Shown here: in pieces, positions 1-9,960 of the stretch
How the letters are laid out: each line of letters opens with the position of its first letter
Numbering within the stretch: position 1 is the stretch's first letter
Assembly: GCA_965237525.1 (NCBI GenBank)
Contig: CBDEFO010000006.1
Span: forward strand, 1 to 64,000
Direction: 5' to 3'
Source: Candidatus Latescibacterota bacterium
Lineage (GTDB): Bacteria > Latescibacterota > CBDEFO01
Length of the DNA stretch: 64,000 nt
Notes under the pieces: generated by a model
Told to the model about the DNA's origin: nothing
Seen by the model: only the letters and a program-made list of their open reading frames with translations
Database searches by the model: none
Translations under genes and position numbers: made by a program

Positions 1-70
1 CAAAACCGACGGGCTGAAGTCCCGTCAAAACCGATTGAAAATACATATAGAAGGGAGGGGAGGAAAGGTT

Positions 71-262
71 ATGGAAGAGGCTTTCCCTGTGTGTCATAAA
101 TGCTCGGACGGTGTATTGCTACCCCTGTCGGACTACGGTAGAGAGGGTTCATCCATTATGTACAAAGCTTGGGTCTGCAGCAATCCCAAGTGTGGATTTA
201 ACCTGAGAATCGATAACGGTGAAATTAGCATAGGAAGAGTGATAACTGAATCGTACAAATAG
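71..262 (+). CDS. Small Cys-rich zinc-ribbon-like protein (63 aa)
   Basis: ATG at 71 after a purine-rich RBS; CHKC and CSNPKC knuckles. Confidence 0.75.
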   Translation: MEEAFPVCHKCSDGVLLPLSDYGREGSSIMYKAWVCSNPKCGFNLRIDNGEISIGRVITESYK

Positions 263-347
263 TGCGATACCGGATGCCGTTTTAGATATGCAAAAGTAGT
301 TTGCAAAATCATCAAGTTTAATCTCGGGAAGGTAGAAGAAATAGACT

Positions 348-1358
348 GTGGCGGTTCTCCTCCGCCATTTTGAATCTTGTCCTCCAAATCAAAAGATGGC
401 TGAAGGCTCTATACTCGGCAATCCAAGTGCCGCAATCGGCGCTCTGCTTATCGCAGTTCTGATCTGGCTCCACGTGGTCACCGAGAACGAATACGACTAT
501 ACCATCGGGGTTCCTCTCCACGTCGAGGAGATCCCCGAAGACTGGGTCGTAGCCAACGGACTCCCTTCCGAGATAGACATCACTGTCAAAGGACCGGGTA
601 AGTTATTCCTCTTCGGCATGGGCTCGCGCGACATAAGAGTCATACTTCAGGCGCCCACCGCCAAAGAAAAGACAAAAACGTATAGTCTCTCCAAATCAGA
701 TGTGAAGATACTTACGCCCACCGAATCGAAATTCCCCATAGATGTTCAACAGATCATAGACCCCAGGATAGTTGAAATAGAACTCGATCCGTTAATGACC
801 GTAGAACTTCCCCTCAAAAATCAGATACGCATAGAGACATCCGACGGCTATATACAGGTCGGGGACATAAATATAGATCCGCCAAAGATCAAGGTCTCAG
901 GTCCCAAGCGATACATCTACCCCCTCGACTCTGTGACACTGACTCCCAGAGAATTTAAGGACGTCCAGGACGATATAGACGTCCAGTTGCCCGTCGATGC
1001 CCCTGAGGGAGTGAACATCGTTTTATCTCCCTCCCAGGCGCACGTCTTTGCGGAAATACAGATTATAGGAGAAAGGGAGATACCAGGCATCCCGGTCGAT
1101 GTTGTAAATATCCCCCGCCGAAGGAAGGTTATAAGAGCCATAGCAGATCCCTCCATGCTCAACATGAGAATCAGAGGTGGCGCGGATTACATCGAGCTTT
1201 TGGGCCCAGAGGACTTCAAGGCCTCCGTGGACTACACAAAATGGAAGGAGACGAAAGGAGCAGAACTCACAGCCGAGATTTCACCGCCCCGCGACGTAGA
1301 AGCCATAGACATCAGCCCCAAGACTTTTAATATCATAGTTATCAGCGAACAGAAATAG
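348..1358 (+). CDS. CdaR/YbbR-like domain protein (probable start 396)
   Basis: N-terminal TM helix (ALLIAVLIWLHV) followed by repeated YbbR-type beta domains (V.V.GP, P..I.VSGP). Confidence 0.8.
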   Translation: MAVLLRHFESCPPNQKMAEGSILGNPSAAIGALLIAVLIWLHVVTENEYDYTIGVPLHVEEIPEDWVVANGLPSEIDITVKGPGKLFLFGMGSRDIRVILQAPTAKEKTKTYSLSKSDVKILTPTESKFPIDVQQIIDPRIVEIELDPLMTVELPLKNQIRIETSDGYIQVGDINIDPPKIKVSGPKRYIYPLDSVTLTPREFKDVQDDIDVQLPVDAPEGVNIVLSPSQAHVFAEIQIIGEREIPGIPVDVVNIPRRRKVIRAIADPSMLNMRIRGGADYIELLGPEDFKASVDYTKWKETKGAELTAEISPPRDVEAIDISPKTFNIIVISEQK

Positions 1359-1362
1359 AAAA

Positions 1363-2421
1363 GTGCTTACACTGGGCATAGAAACATCGTGCGATGAGAC
1401 GTCAGCGGCGGTTCTCAGCGAAGATAGACAAATCCTCTCCAACATCGTCATGTCTCAGTACGAGCACGCAAAGTACGGAGGCGTCGTTCCCGAACTTGCG
1501 TCCAGAGCGCACATAAGAAAGCTCCTTCCCGCCATAGACGCAGCCCTTTCAGAAGCCGAAGTAAAGCTCGAAGACATAGACCTCATCGCCGTAACCCGGG
1601 GACCTGGCCTTGCAGGCTGTCTCCACATCGGAGTATCCGCGGCAAAGGGCATATCCCTTGCCCTCGGCGTTCCCTTCATAGGCATACATCACCTGGAAGG
1701 GCACATCTTCTCAGTCCTCTTCAGCGATGATGACACGAAGTGGTCGCACCACCTTGGGACTCCACACGTAGTGGTCACACCACTTTTATGCCTCATCGTC
1801 TCAGGCGGACACACACAGATAGTATCCGTCCCGGAGCTTGGAACCTACCTGGTCGTAGGCTCCACCAGAGACGACGCCGCAGGAGAGGCCTTCGACAAAG
1901 TCGCAAAGATCCTCGACCTCATCCCGCCCGAAGGTCCCGTGATGGGAGGACCCATCATCTCCGACCTGTCGAAGACCGGCGATCCAAAAGCCATCCACTT
2001 CCCCAGAGGAATGCTGCACGAAGATGGCTACGAGTTCAGCTTCAGCGGGCTTAAGACTGCTGTTTTGAGATACACCCACAAGCATCCCCGATCCCACATA
2101 CAGGAACAACTCCCCGACATCTCCGCAAGCTTCCAGGAGGCCGTAGCGGACGTCTTAGTCAAAAAGACCATCTCCGCCGCCTGCGCCCATAAGGCAGACA
2201 GAGTAGCCGTCGTAGGAGGAGTCGCCGCCAACTATCGCCTCAGAGAACTGATGAGCGAGAGAGCCGCAGAACACAACATCCGCGTTTTGTATCCTCCGCT
2301 GTCCCTCTGCACGGACAACGCCGCAATGACAGCAGCAGCAGGGGCATTCAGATTCCTAAAAGGACAGACATCCGGCCTCGGCCTCAGCGCAGACCCACGG
2401 CTCAAGTTAGAGGAGATTTGA
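1363..2421 (+). CDS. tsaD: tRNA N6-adenosine threonylcarbamoyltransferase TsaD
   Basis: LGIETSCDET, GGVVPELASRAH, HHLEGH, SGGHT, DDAAGEAFDK, FSFSGLKT, GGVAAN, CTDNAAM. Confidence 0.97.
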   Translation: MLTLGIETSCDETSAAVLSEDRQILSNIVMSQYEHAKYGGVVPELASRAHIRKLLPAIDAALSEAEVKLEDIDLIAVTRGPGLAGCLHIGVSAAKGISLALGVPFIGIHHLEGHIFSVLFSDDDTKWSHHLGTPHVVVTPLLCLIVSGGHTQIVSVPELGTYLVVGSTRDDAAGEAFDKVAKILDLIPPEGPVMGGPIISDLSKTGDPKAIHFPRGMLHEDGYEFSFSGLKTAVLRYTHKHPRSHIQEQLPDISASFQEAVADVLVKKTISAACAHKADRVAVVGGVAANYRLRELMSERAAEHNIRVLYPPLSLCTDNAAMTAAAGAFRFLKGQTSGLGLSADPRLKLEEI

Positions 2422-2451
2422 GAAAATGCTTATTGACACTTCATCTTTTTA

Positions 2452-2496
2452 TTGACATGCCTTTAATTTTTCCTTATACTTGTGACTTGTATCACA
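2452..2496 (+). promoter_or_regulatory. Sigma70 promoter with an adjacent CRP/FNR-type palindrome
   Basis: TTGACA(2452)-17-TATACT(2475), then TGTGA-cttgta-TCACA (2481-2496). Confidence 0.7.
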
Positions 2497-2657
2497 GTAA
2501 AGACACTTAGATTTTGTTATCTTTTCACATTAAATGTAAGGGCAAGGGCCTGCCCCCGACTTGATCGGGGGTTACCTCGCCCCTATCGAAACACGAGATA
2601 TTGTTCGAGTTCTCAAAATTCATCGCAACACATTTCAAAGGAGGGGGAATAATAACA

Positions 2658-5600
2658 ATGAACACCAAAAAGGATAACTTCAAAGAAATTCTGATTGGTA
2701 TTTTGGTATTGGGCTTTTGGATGTTTGGATTTGTCCCTTCAGTTGCTGCTGCACCAGGCGACATCACCACCGTGGCGGGAAGTGCCACTGGTGGATTTTC
2801 CGGTGATGGTGGTCCAGCTACCAGTGCGAGTTTTAATCAGCCTCGTGGCGTATTCGTGGATGGATCGGGCAATATCTATATTGTGGATCATGTCAATAAC
2901 CGGATACGTAAGGTGGATACGTCAGCAGACACTATCACCACCGTGGCAGGAAGTGGGCCTACTGGTGTAGGCGGCGGTGCATTTTTCGGTGATGGTACTC
3001 CAGCCACCAGTGCGAGATTGAAACTTCCTGAGGGCGTATTCGTGGATGCTGAGGGCAATATCTATATTGCGGACAGGGACAATGCCCGGATACGTAAGGT
3101 GGATATGTCGGGCATCATCTCCACGGTGGTGGGAAATGGCACCAAGACATTTTCCGGTGACGGTGGTCCAGCTACCAGTGCGAGTTTGAATTTTCCTAGG
3201 GGCGTATTCGTGGATGGATCTGGCAATATCTATATTGCGGATACGAGCAATCAGCGGATACGTAAGGTGGATGCGTCAGCAGACACTATCACTACCGTGG
3301 CAGGGAATGGCACTGCTGGATTTTCCGGTGATGATGGCCCAGCTACCAGTGCGAGCTTGAATAATCCTTTTAGCGTATTCGTGGATGGATCTGGCAATAT
3401 CTATATTGGGGATGCAAGCAATCACCGGATACGTAAGGTGGATACGTCGGGCAGCATCTCCACCGTGGCAGGAAATGGCATTGCTGGATTTTCCGGTGAT
3501 GCTGGTCCAGCTACCAGTGCGAGCTTGAATATTCCTCATGGCGTATTCGTGGATGGATTGGACAATATCTATATTGTGGATCTTTCCAATAACCGGATAC
3601 GTAAGGTGGATACGTCGGGCAGCATCTCCACCGTGGCAGGAAATGGCATTGCTGGATTTTCCGGTGATGCTGGTCCAGCTACCAGTGCGAGCTTGAATAT
3701 TCCTCATGGCGTATTCGTGGATGGATTGGACAATATCTATATTGTGGATCTTTCCAATAACCGGATACGTAAGGTGGATACGTCGGGCAGCATCTCCACC
3801 GTGGCAGGAAATGGCATTGCTGGATTTTCCGGTGATGCTGGTCCAGCTACCAGTGCGAGCTTGAATATTCCTCATGGCGTATTCGTGGATGGATTGGACA
3901 ATATCTATATTGTGGATCTTTCCAATAACCGGATACGTAAGGTGGATACATCGGGCAACATCAATACCGTGGCAGGAGGTGGTATTGCTAGATTTTCCGG
4001 TGATGGAGGTCCAGCTACCAGTGCGAGTTTGAATGGTCCTTTTGGCGTATTCGTGGATGGATTGGGCAATATCTATATTGGGGATAATAGCAATAACCGG
4101 ATACGTAAAGTGGAGGGACCTGCGCCCAATATAGCTGTTAATCCATCTTCTGTGAACTTCGGTTCTGTGCCGGTGGGTGGTTCTAAGCCAGATACTGTGA
4201 CGGTGAACAATACCGGGGGAGATACTCTGACCGTCTCGAGCTTCTTTACCAATCCGTCGTTCGTTGCGTCCCCAATCGGTCCAGGGTTCGTCCTTCCGGG
4301 ACAATCTTCCAAGATCGAGGTTAGGTTCCAACCCGGTTCTGTGGGGGTATTTAACGATAGTTTAACTATCAACAGCAACGACCCGGATAGTTCTGTTGTT
4401 AAAGTCCCTCTGAGTGGCACTGGTATTGCGCCCAATATAGCTGTGAATCCCCTTTCTATCAATTTGGATACTGTCGTAGTCGGGGGGTTGAAACAAGATT
4501 CACTAGTCATTTCAAATACCGGCAATGACACGTTGCGTTTGGGAACTGTATCCAAGACCGGTCCTAATACAGCTGCTTTCAGCTTTAATCCTATTCTTCC
4601 CAATCTTTCCGGTACGGCTATTGTCCCCGGTGGTAACATCAAGGTGATTGTGAATTTCAGTCCTGGCGCTGTGGGGCCTAAGAGCGCCACTTTGGTCATT
4701 CCGAGCAACGATCCAGACGCCGCTGAGGATACTGTGTTTGTAGCTCTGACAGGTGTTGCAGTTGCGCCTCCTGTGCCCAACATAGCTGTAAATCCGGATT
4801 CTGTGGACTTCGGTACTGTGCAAGTGGGCGGTTCTAAGTCGGATACTCTGATGGTGAGCAATACCGGGACGGATACGCTGAATATCTCCACCATCTCTAC
4901 CTCTCCTCCGTTCAGTGCACTCTCAATTGGCCCATTAGCTGTCGTTCCGGGCGGATCGTCCAAGATCGAGGTTAAATTCCAACCCACCTCTGGGGGGGGG
5001 TATTTAGCGACAGTTTGACTATCAACAGCGACGATCCGGACAGTCCTGTTCTTAAAGTTCCCCTGACCGGAGAGGGCGTTGAGCCTAATATAGCCGTTAA
5101 TCCGCCTTCTGTAAACTTCGGTCCTGTGGCAGTGGGAGTCCAGAAGTCAGACACTTTGACGGTGAACAATACCGGGGGAGATACTTTGAGAATCTCTCAG
5201 GTCTCCACAAATGTGTCCCCTCAACCGTTTAATGCGCTTCCAATTGGCTCATTACCAGCAGATGTCCTTCCGGGTGGATCAATCAAGATTGTGGTTCAGT
5301 TCCAGCCTCCCTCCCTGGGAACCCATAGAGATACCGTGAGGATCACCAGCAACGACCCGGATAGTTCTGTTGTCAAAGTCCCTCTGACCGGAGAGGGCGT
5401 TGAGCCTAATATAGCTGTTAATCCGCCTTCTGTGAACTTCGGTCCTGTGGCAGTGGGAGGTGGGAAGGCATATACCGTGGAGGTGAACAATACAGGGACG
5501 GATACCCTGACTATCTCTAGCTTCTCAACCTTTGCGCCGTTCGGTGCGCTTCTAATTGGCCCAGACAGAATCGCTCCGGGCGGATTCAGCAAGATCGAGG

Positions 5601-7391
5601 TTAAGTTCCAACCCGATTCTGTTAGGGTATTCAACGATACTTTGACTATCATCAGCAACGACCCGGATGAGGGTATTGTTAAAGTCCCTCTGACCGGACA
5701 GGGCGTTGTTGGACCCGAAATATTCAAAGTGTTCGTCTCTAGAGATCCCGTCCCAATCGGTGCGCATGTGCGGATTTTCGCTGATGTGACCGATGAAGAC
5801 GGCGTAGCCTCCGTGGAGGCTAAGGTGCGGGATGCGAACGATGCGGGCTTTACTCCTGCGCATTTGACGCTCTTCAATGACGGTGAGCATAAAGATGGGC
5901 TACCCGGAGACAGGTTGTGGGCAAGTGAGCCCTGGCCTACTCCCGCTGATCGTCCTCGGGAGTTCCTTGTGGACATCTGGGCAAGGGACAACCTGAATGC
6001 TGAGAGCCATACAGACAGCGCCGCCTCCTTTGCGACAGCCGACCCGTCTATCTTTGTGACCCTGGGAGCAGGCGAGGAGATCGCAGGTCCCGGAGGACAG
6101 GCCCAAATCCCTATCTTTGCTGTTGGTCTGGACGACAAAGGCGTGATAGCGGGCGAGATAACGCTCCGCTTCGATCAAGCCAGTGTGAAATTTTTGAAGG
6201 CATCTCCGGGTCCGGGACGAGACTTCCCCGGTAGCTTCGATTTTAACTCACCTGAACCCTGGAAGGGCCGTAATAGCCTTCGCCTCGCCCACACCGCTCG
6301 TTGATACTCCAAAGGGCATCCTGGCCTTTGCGGTGTTCGAAGTAGATCCCGGCGCACTGTTGGGCACAACGATAGATATATTTGTGCCAGTAGGTCGAGC
6401 GATCCTGAACGAGGGTGACCCACCTGTGGTCAAGTTCGACGGCGTCATCACAGTAGAGCAGGTAGGCGATGTCAGCCGTAACGGCCAAATCAGGGCTTTC
6501 GACGCCGCTTTAGTTCTGCAGTGGGTGGTCCAGACCAAGAACATATTGCGCGACTTCTTCGGTGGAGACACAGACCTATTCCTTGCCATCGCCGACGTGA
6601 CTCGCGATGGGACAGTGTCACCTTTTGACGCATCCCGCATCCTCCAGAAGGTTGTCAGGAAGATACCCGGACTCCCGTTCTTCGGAGAACCTGGTGCTGC
6701 GAAGGCCGCGCCCGTCTTACCTCGAACGGTGGCGATTTCTGATGCTGTACAAGCATCTGAAAAGGGCATAAAGGTCCCTGTTTCCATAGACGATATGTCA
6801 GGTGTGCTCGGAGCGTATATGTCTATAAGCTACGACGCATCAAGGCTGAAGGCAGTGGGCGTATCTCCTTCAGATATGATGTCCCAGTTTATGTTCCAGA
6901 GCAACATTGAGGGTGACGAGGTTAGGATAGCATTTGCCTCCGCTGATGGAGTAGAAGGCGGCGGAGACGTAGCCTTCATCGAGTTTGAGATTATCCCCGG
7001 TGTGAGTGATGGATTGGAGACTACTCTGTTAAGGATTAAGGACGTCCAGCTCAACGAGGGGCTAATCCCTGCGGCAACCGAGCAGACGGAGCTGTCGTTG
7101 GATGTCATACCCGAAACTTATGCGCTCTCACAGAACTATCCCAATCCGTTCAACCCTGAGACCGTAATCCGCTACGATCTGCCTGTTAGCAGCCGCGTTG
7201 ACATATCTGTCTTCAATATGATGGGGCAGAAGGTTGCGAGGTTGGTGGATGGAGAGATGGATGCGGGGAGCCACTCTGTGGTCTGGAACGCTAAAGATAG
7301 CAACGGAGAGAGTCTTGCCAGCGGAGTCTACATCTATCGCATGGAGACAGATGGATTTGTGAAAACGCGGAAGCTGATACTGATGCGGTAG
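2658..7391 (+). pseudogene. Large secreted protein: signal peptide, NHL repeats, ~5 ASH/choice-of-anchor-D Ig domains, choice-of-anchor-X, cohesin, dockerin, cohesin, FlgD/T9SS-like CTD; two frameshifts
   Basis: ORFs 2601-5018, 5015-6304 and 6333-7391 join if the G9 at 4992-5000 and an extra C at ~6258-6260 are corrected (by comparison with internal repeats and the paralog); dockerin GDVSRNG..ADVTRDG; QNYPNPFNP..RKLILMR. Confidence 0.8.
3424..3949 (+). repeat. Perfect 168-bp tandem repeat (3 copies plus a partial), NHL blades
   Basis: Identical units starting at 3425, 3593, 3761 and 3929. Confidence 0.95.
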
Positions 7392-7419
7392 ACTCTCCAT
7401 CAGTCCGACAAAATTGTTG

Positions 7420-7463
7420 TTGACATCTGTTTCATTTTTCCTTATCATGTGACCTGCATCACG
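7420..7463 (+). promoter_or_regulatory. Sigma70 promoter with a CRP/FNR-type palindrome (homolog of 2452-2496)
   Basis: TTGACA(7420)-17-TATCAT(7443); TGTGA-cctgca-TCACG (7448-7463). Confidence 0.7.
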
Positions 7464-8439
7464 TTATAGTCGCAAAGATTTTGTTATCTTTCTCGTAATT
7501 AAATATAGGGGCTAGGTTGGCCTGCCCCCGAATATTGATCCCCGACCCCCGATAGAGTCAATCGGGGGCTCAATCGGGTAGGGTCCACCCGACCCGCAGA
7601 ATTGCATTGGACATATATTTACTCACATAGATATGGAGGTGACGCAAATTAGCCTGGCTTTAGTGCAAATTTCATCAATCCTACAAGTTTCATCAACCCT
7701 AAAAAGCAGGGGCGACTTAAAATGCAACGCGTAACCTTTTTTACTGCCTTGGCAGTGTTAATCGCTTTGACTGCGCCTGCCTATGTACAGGCTCAAGCCC
7801 CGCCAAACGATGATCTGGCGAATGCTATCGAAGTAACAAGCTTCCCATTTTTGCATACAGTTGCTACTCCTGATTCGGCAACTGTCGAGCTAAATGAAAA
7901 TGTGTGTAACCCTAGCGATGGAACTTTTCGGGATAGCTGGTAGTATAAAATTACGCCTGATTCCAGTGGAAATATCGTAATTTCTACAGCAGGTACTGGA
8001 AACCTTCAGTCTAGTGATGTATCATTAGGAGTATATACAGGTACTGCTCACCCACTTACAGAGGTTCACTGTCAAGATGATGATTCTACTGTACCGGGTC
8101 AGGGAAGTGAATCATATACTTTACCTGCGAGTCCCGGAACAACTTATTATATAAGGATTGCGGGGAATGCCAATGTTCAGACAGGATACATAACTATCGC
8201 AATACCTCCTGCACCCCGTATAGCTGTGGAACCGGAATCCGTGGACTTCGGTCCTGTGCAAGTGGGAGTCCAGAAGTCAGATACTGTGATGGTGAACAAT
8301 ACCGGCACGGATACGCTGAGAATCACCAGCTTTTCTACAAATACGTCCCCTCAGTCTTTTGATGCATTCCCAGTTGGTTCATTACCGGCAGATGTCCCCC
8401 TAGGCGGCTCAATGAAGTTTGTAGTCCAGTTCCAGCCTA

Positions 8440-9960
8440 GAAGCCTTGTGAAATAGTTATGTCCCAGGCAGCGTCTGAAGCGCCGATTATGGGTCAAAGA
8501 GTAGCATATCGTATCGTTTTGCTGTGGAATAAGCAAAATAGTCTTATCAGAGTTCTGGTCAGCAAGGAATAGGAGCTGTTTGAAGAACAGGATGCACTGT
8601 CTTTGACAGACAGGGCACACATAGACGCTTTCCCCCTTCTTATGAAAGATACAAGCCTCTTGAGATTCTGTACTGTTGCAACAAGATTCAACTGTTCATT
8701 CAGTGAGGCTAGTTCTCTGTAACGGGCTCGTCCCATACCGTGTTGTTGCCTGGCTTCAGCAAAGATATGTTCACTGCGTTTACGGAGTCTCCGGGAGAGT
8801 TTGTAGTCAGCTGTTAATGAGATAGACCGTGCATGATTTCTGGCTTTCGCCTCTCGCACTTTTCTATCCCGTTCGGCCTGAATATGTGCTGGATTTGTCT
8901 TGTTTTTCCATGTAGGAATCGGTTCAATCTTCTCATCGGCTCGCAGAGGAATATGGGGTATGATTCCCCGGTCAAGTACATCAGCGATAAAATTACCAGA
9001 ACCGTAACCGGTATCGGCACTAAGTGTCTGAATGTCTTTGGGCATGGTGTATGTTTCAAGGTCATCTACCATCTTAAGGGCACTTTCGGGCTCTGCTGTC
9101 CCTGTCGCCTGCGTGCCCTGAGTCTCAAGGATTACTCTGCTTTTTGTGTCGATCAGATCATGGCCCATAAACGAGAGAAAAGCCCCTTTGCCCTTCGATT
9201 TGCTGTATAAGCGCGCGTCGGGGTCTGTAGTCGAACGGTGTGTTTGGTTCGTCCACTTTTCACCATGAAAGTCTTTATCCTGAGGATGCCCGGACCTACC
9301 CTTTGTCTTATCACCTTCAAAACCGATTCCCTTGAGATAATCATCAAGAGAAAAAGGGGGTTCTATCGGCTCAATACTTTTCACTGAAGCATCAGCTTGT
9401 ATCTGAGTGCCGTCGACACTAAGGTGTTTACCGCTCACAAGACCGACATCTATGCAACACTGGACTACCTGACGCATTATCCGTTCAAACAACCCACTGG
9501 ATGCCCACTTGTGATTGCGAAGCTTGTTGATCGTGCTCCTATCCGGAACCGCATCATCAAATGTCTGATGACAAAACAACCGATATGCCGCATGCATCCC
9601 CACTTCCTGACAGAGCCGATTCTCACTCAAATTATACAGATAGCCAATAAGGATCATTCGAACAACTAATTCAGGATCAATACCGGGTCTGCCATTGTCA
9701 GGGCAATAACAATCTGATACAACGTCTCGTACAAATGAAAAATCAACTGCCTCATCAATCTGACGAAGGATATGATCCTCGGGAACTAAATCCTCCATCT
9801 GAAAATAGTGAAACATCGGATTTGTCTGTTCCTGCTTTTGTGGGGTCATTGTTTCCTCCATGTATAATATTATCAATAACATAATATAATACATCGGAGC
9901 TGCTTTATCAATGCTTGTTCTATACTACTTTCTGAATCTAAGGGTTTTTCACAAGGCTTC
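8440..9960 (-). mobile_element. IS1182-family insertion sequence, apparently intact
   Basis: TIR GAAGCCTTGTGAAA / TTTCACAAGGCTTC; TA duplicated on both flanks. Confidence 0.9.
8494..9849 (-). CDS. IS1182-family transposase
   Basis: VPEDHILR, GRPGIDP, VDGT.I.ADAS, STTDPDAR, ADTGY, R..SEH.FAE. Confidence 0.92.
   Translation of the reverse strand: MTPQKQEQTNPMFHYFQMEDLVPEDHILRQIDEAVDFSFVRDVVSDCYCPDNGRPGIDPELVVRMILIGYLYNLSENRLCQEVGMHAAYRLFCHQTFDDAVPDRSTINKLRNHKWASSGLFERIMRQVVQCCIDVGLVSGKHLSVDGTQIQADASVKSIEPIEPPFSLDDYLKGIGFEGDKTKGRSGHPQDKDFHGEKWTNQTHRSTTDPDARLYSKSKGKGAFLSFMGHDLIDTKSRVILETQGTQATGTAEPESALKMVDDLETYTMPKDIQTLSADTGYGSGNFIADVLDRGIIPHIPLRADEKIEPIPTWKNKTNPAHIQAERDRKVREAKARNHARSISLTADYKLSRRLRKRSEHIFAEARQQHGMGRARYRELASLNEQLNLVATVQNLKRLVSFIRRGKASMCALSVKDSASCSSNSSYSLLTRTLIRLFCLFHSKTIRYATL

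Noticed and set aside
3276..6787. Long minus-strand ORFs (3276-4331, 4073-4987, 5296-6138, 6248-6787; likewise 10961-12333, 19095-20210, 42118-43014, 63179-63712)
   Set aside because: These are antisense shadows of well-supported genes with no recognisable motifs.
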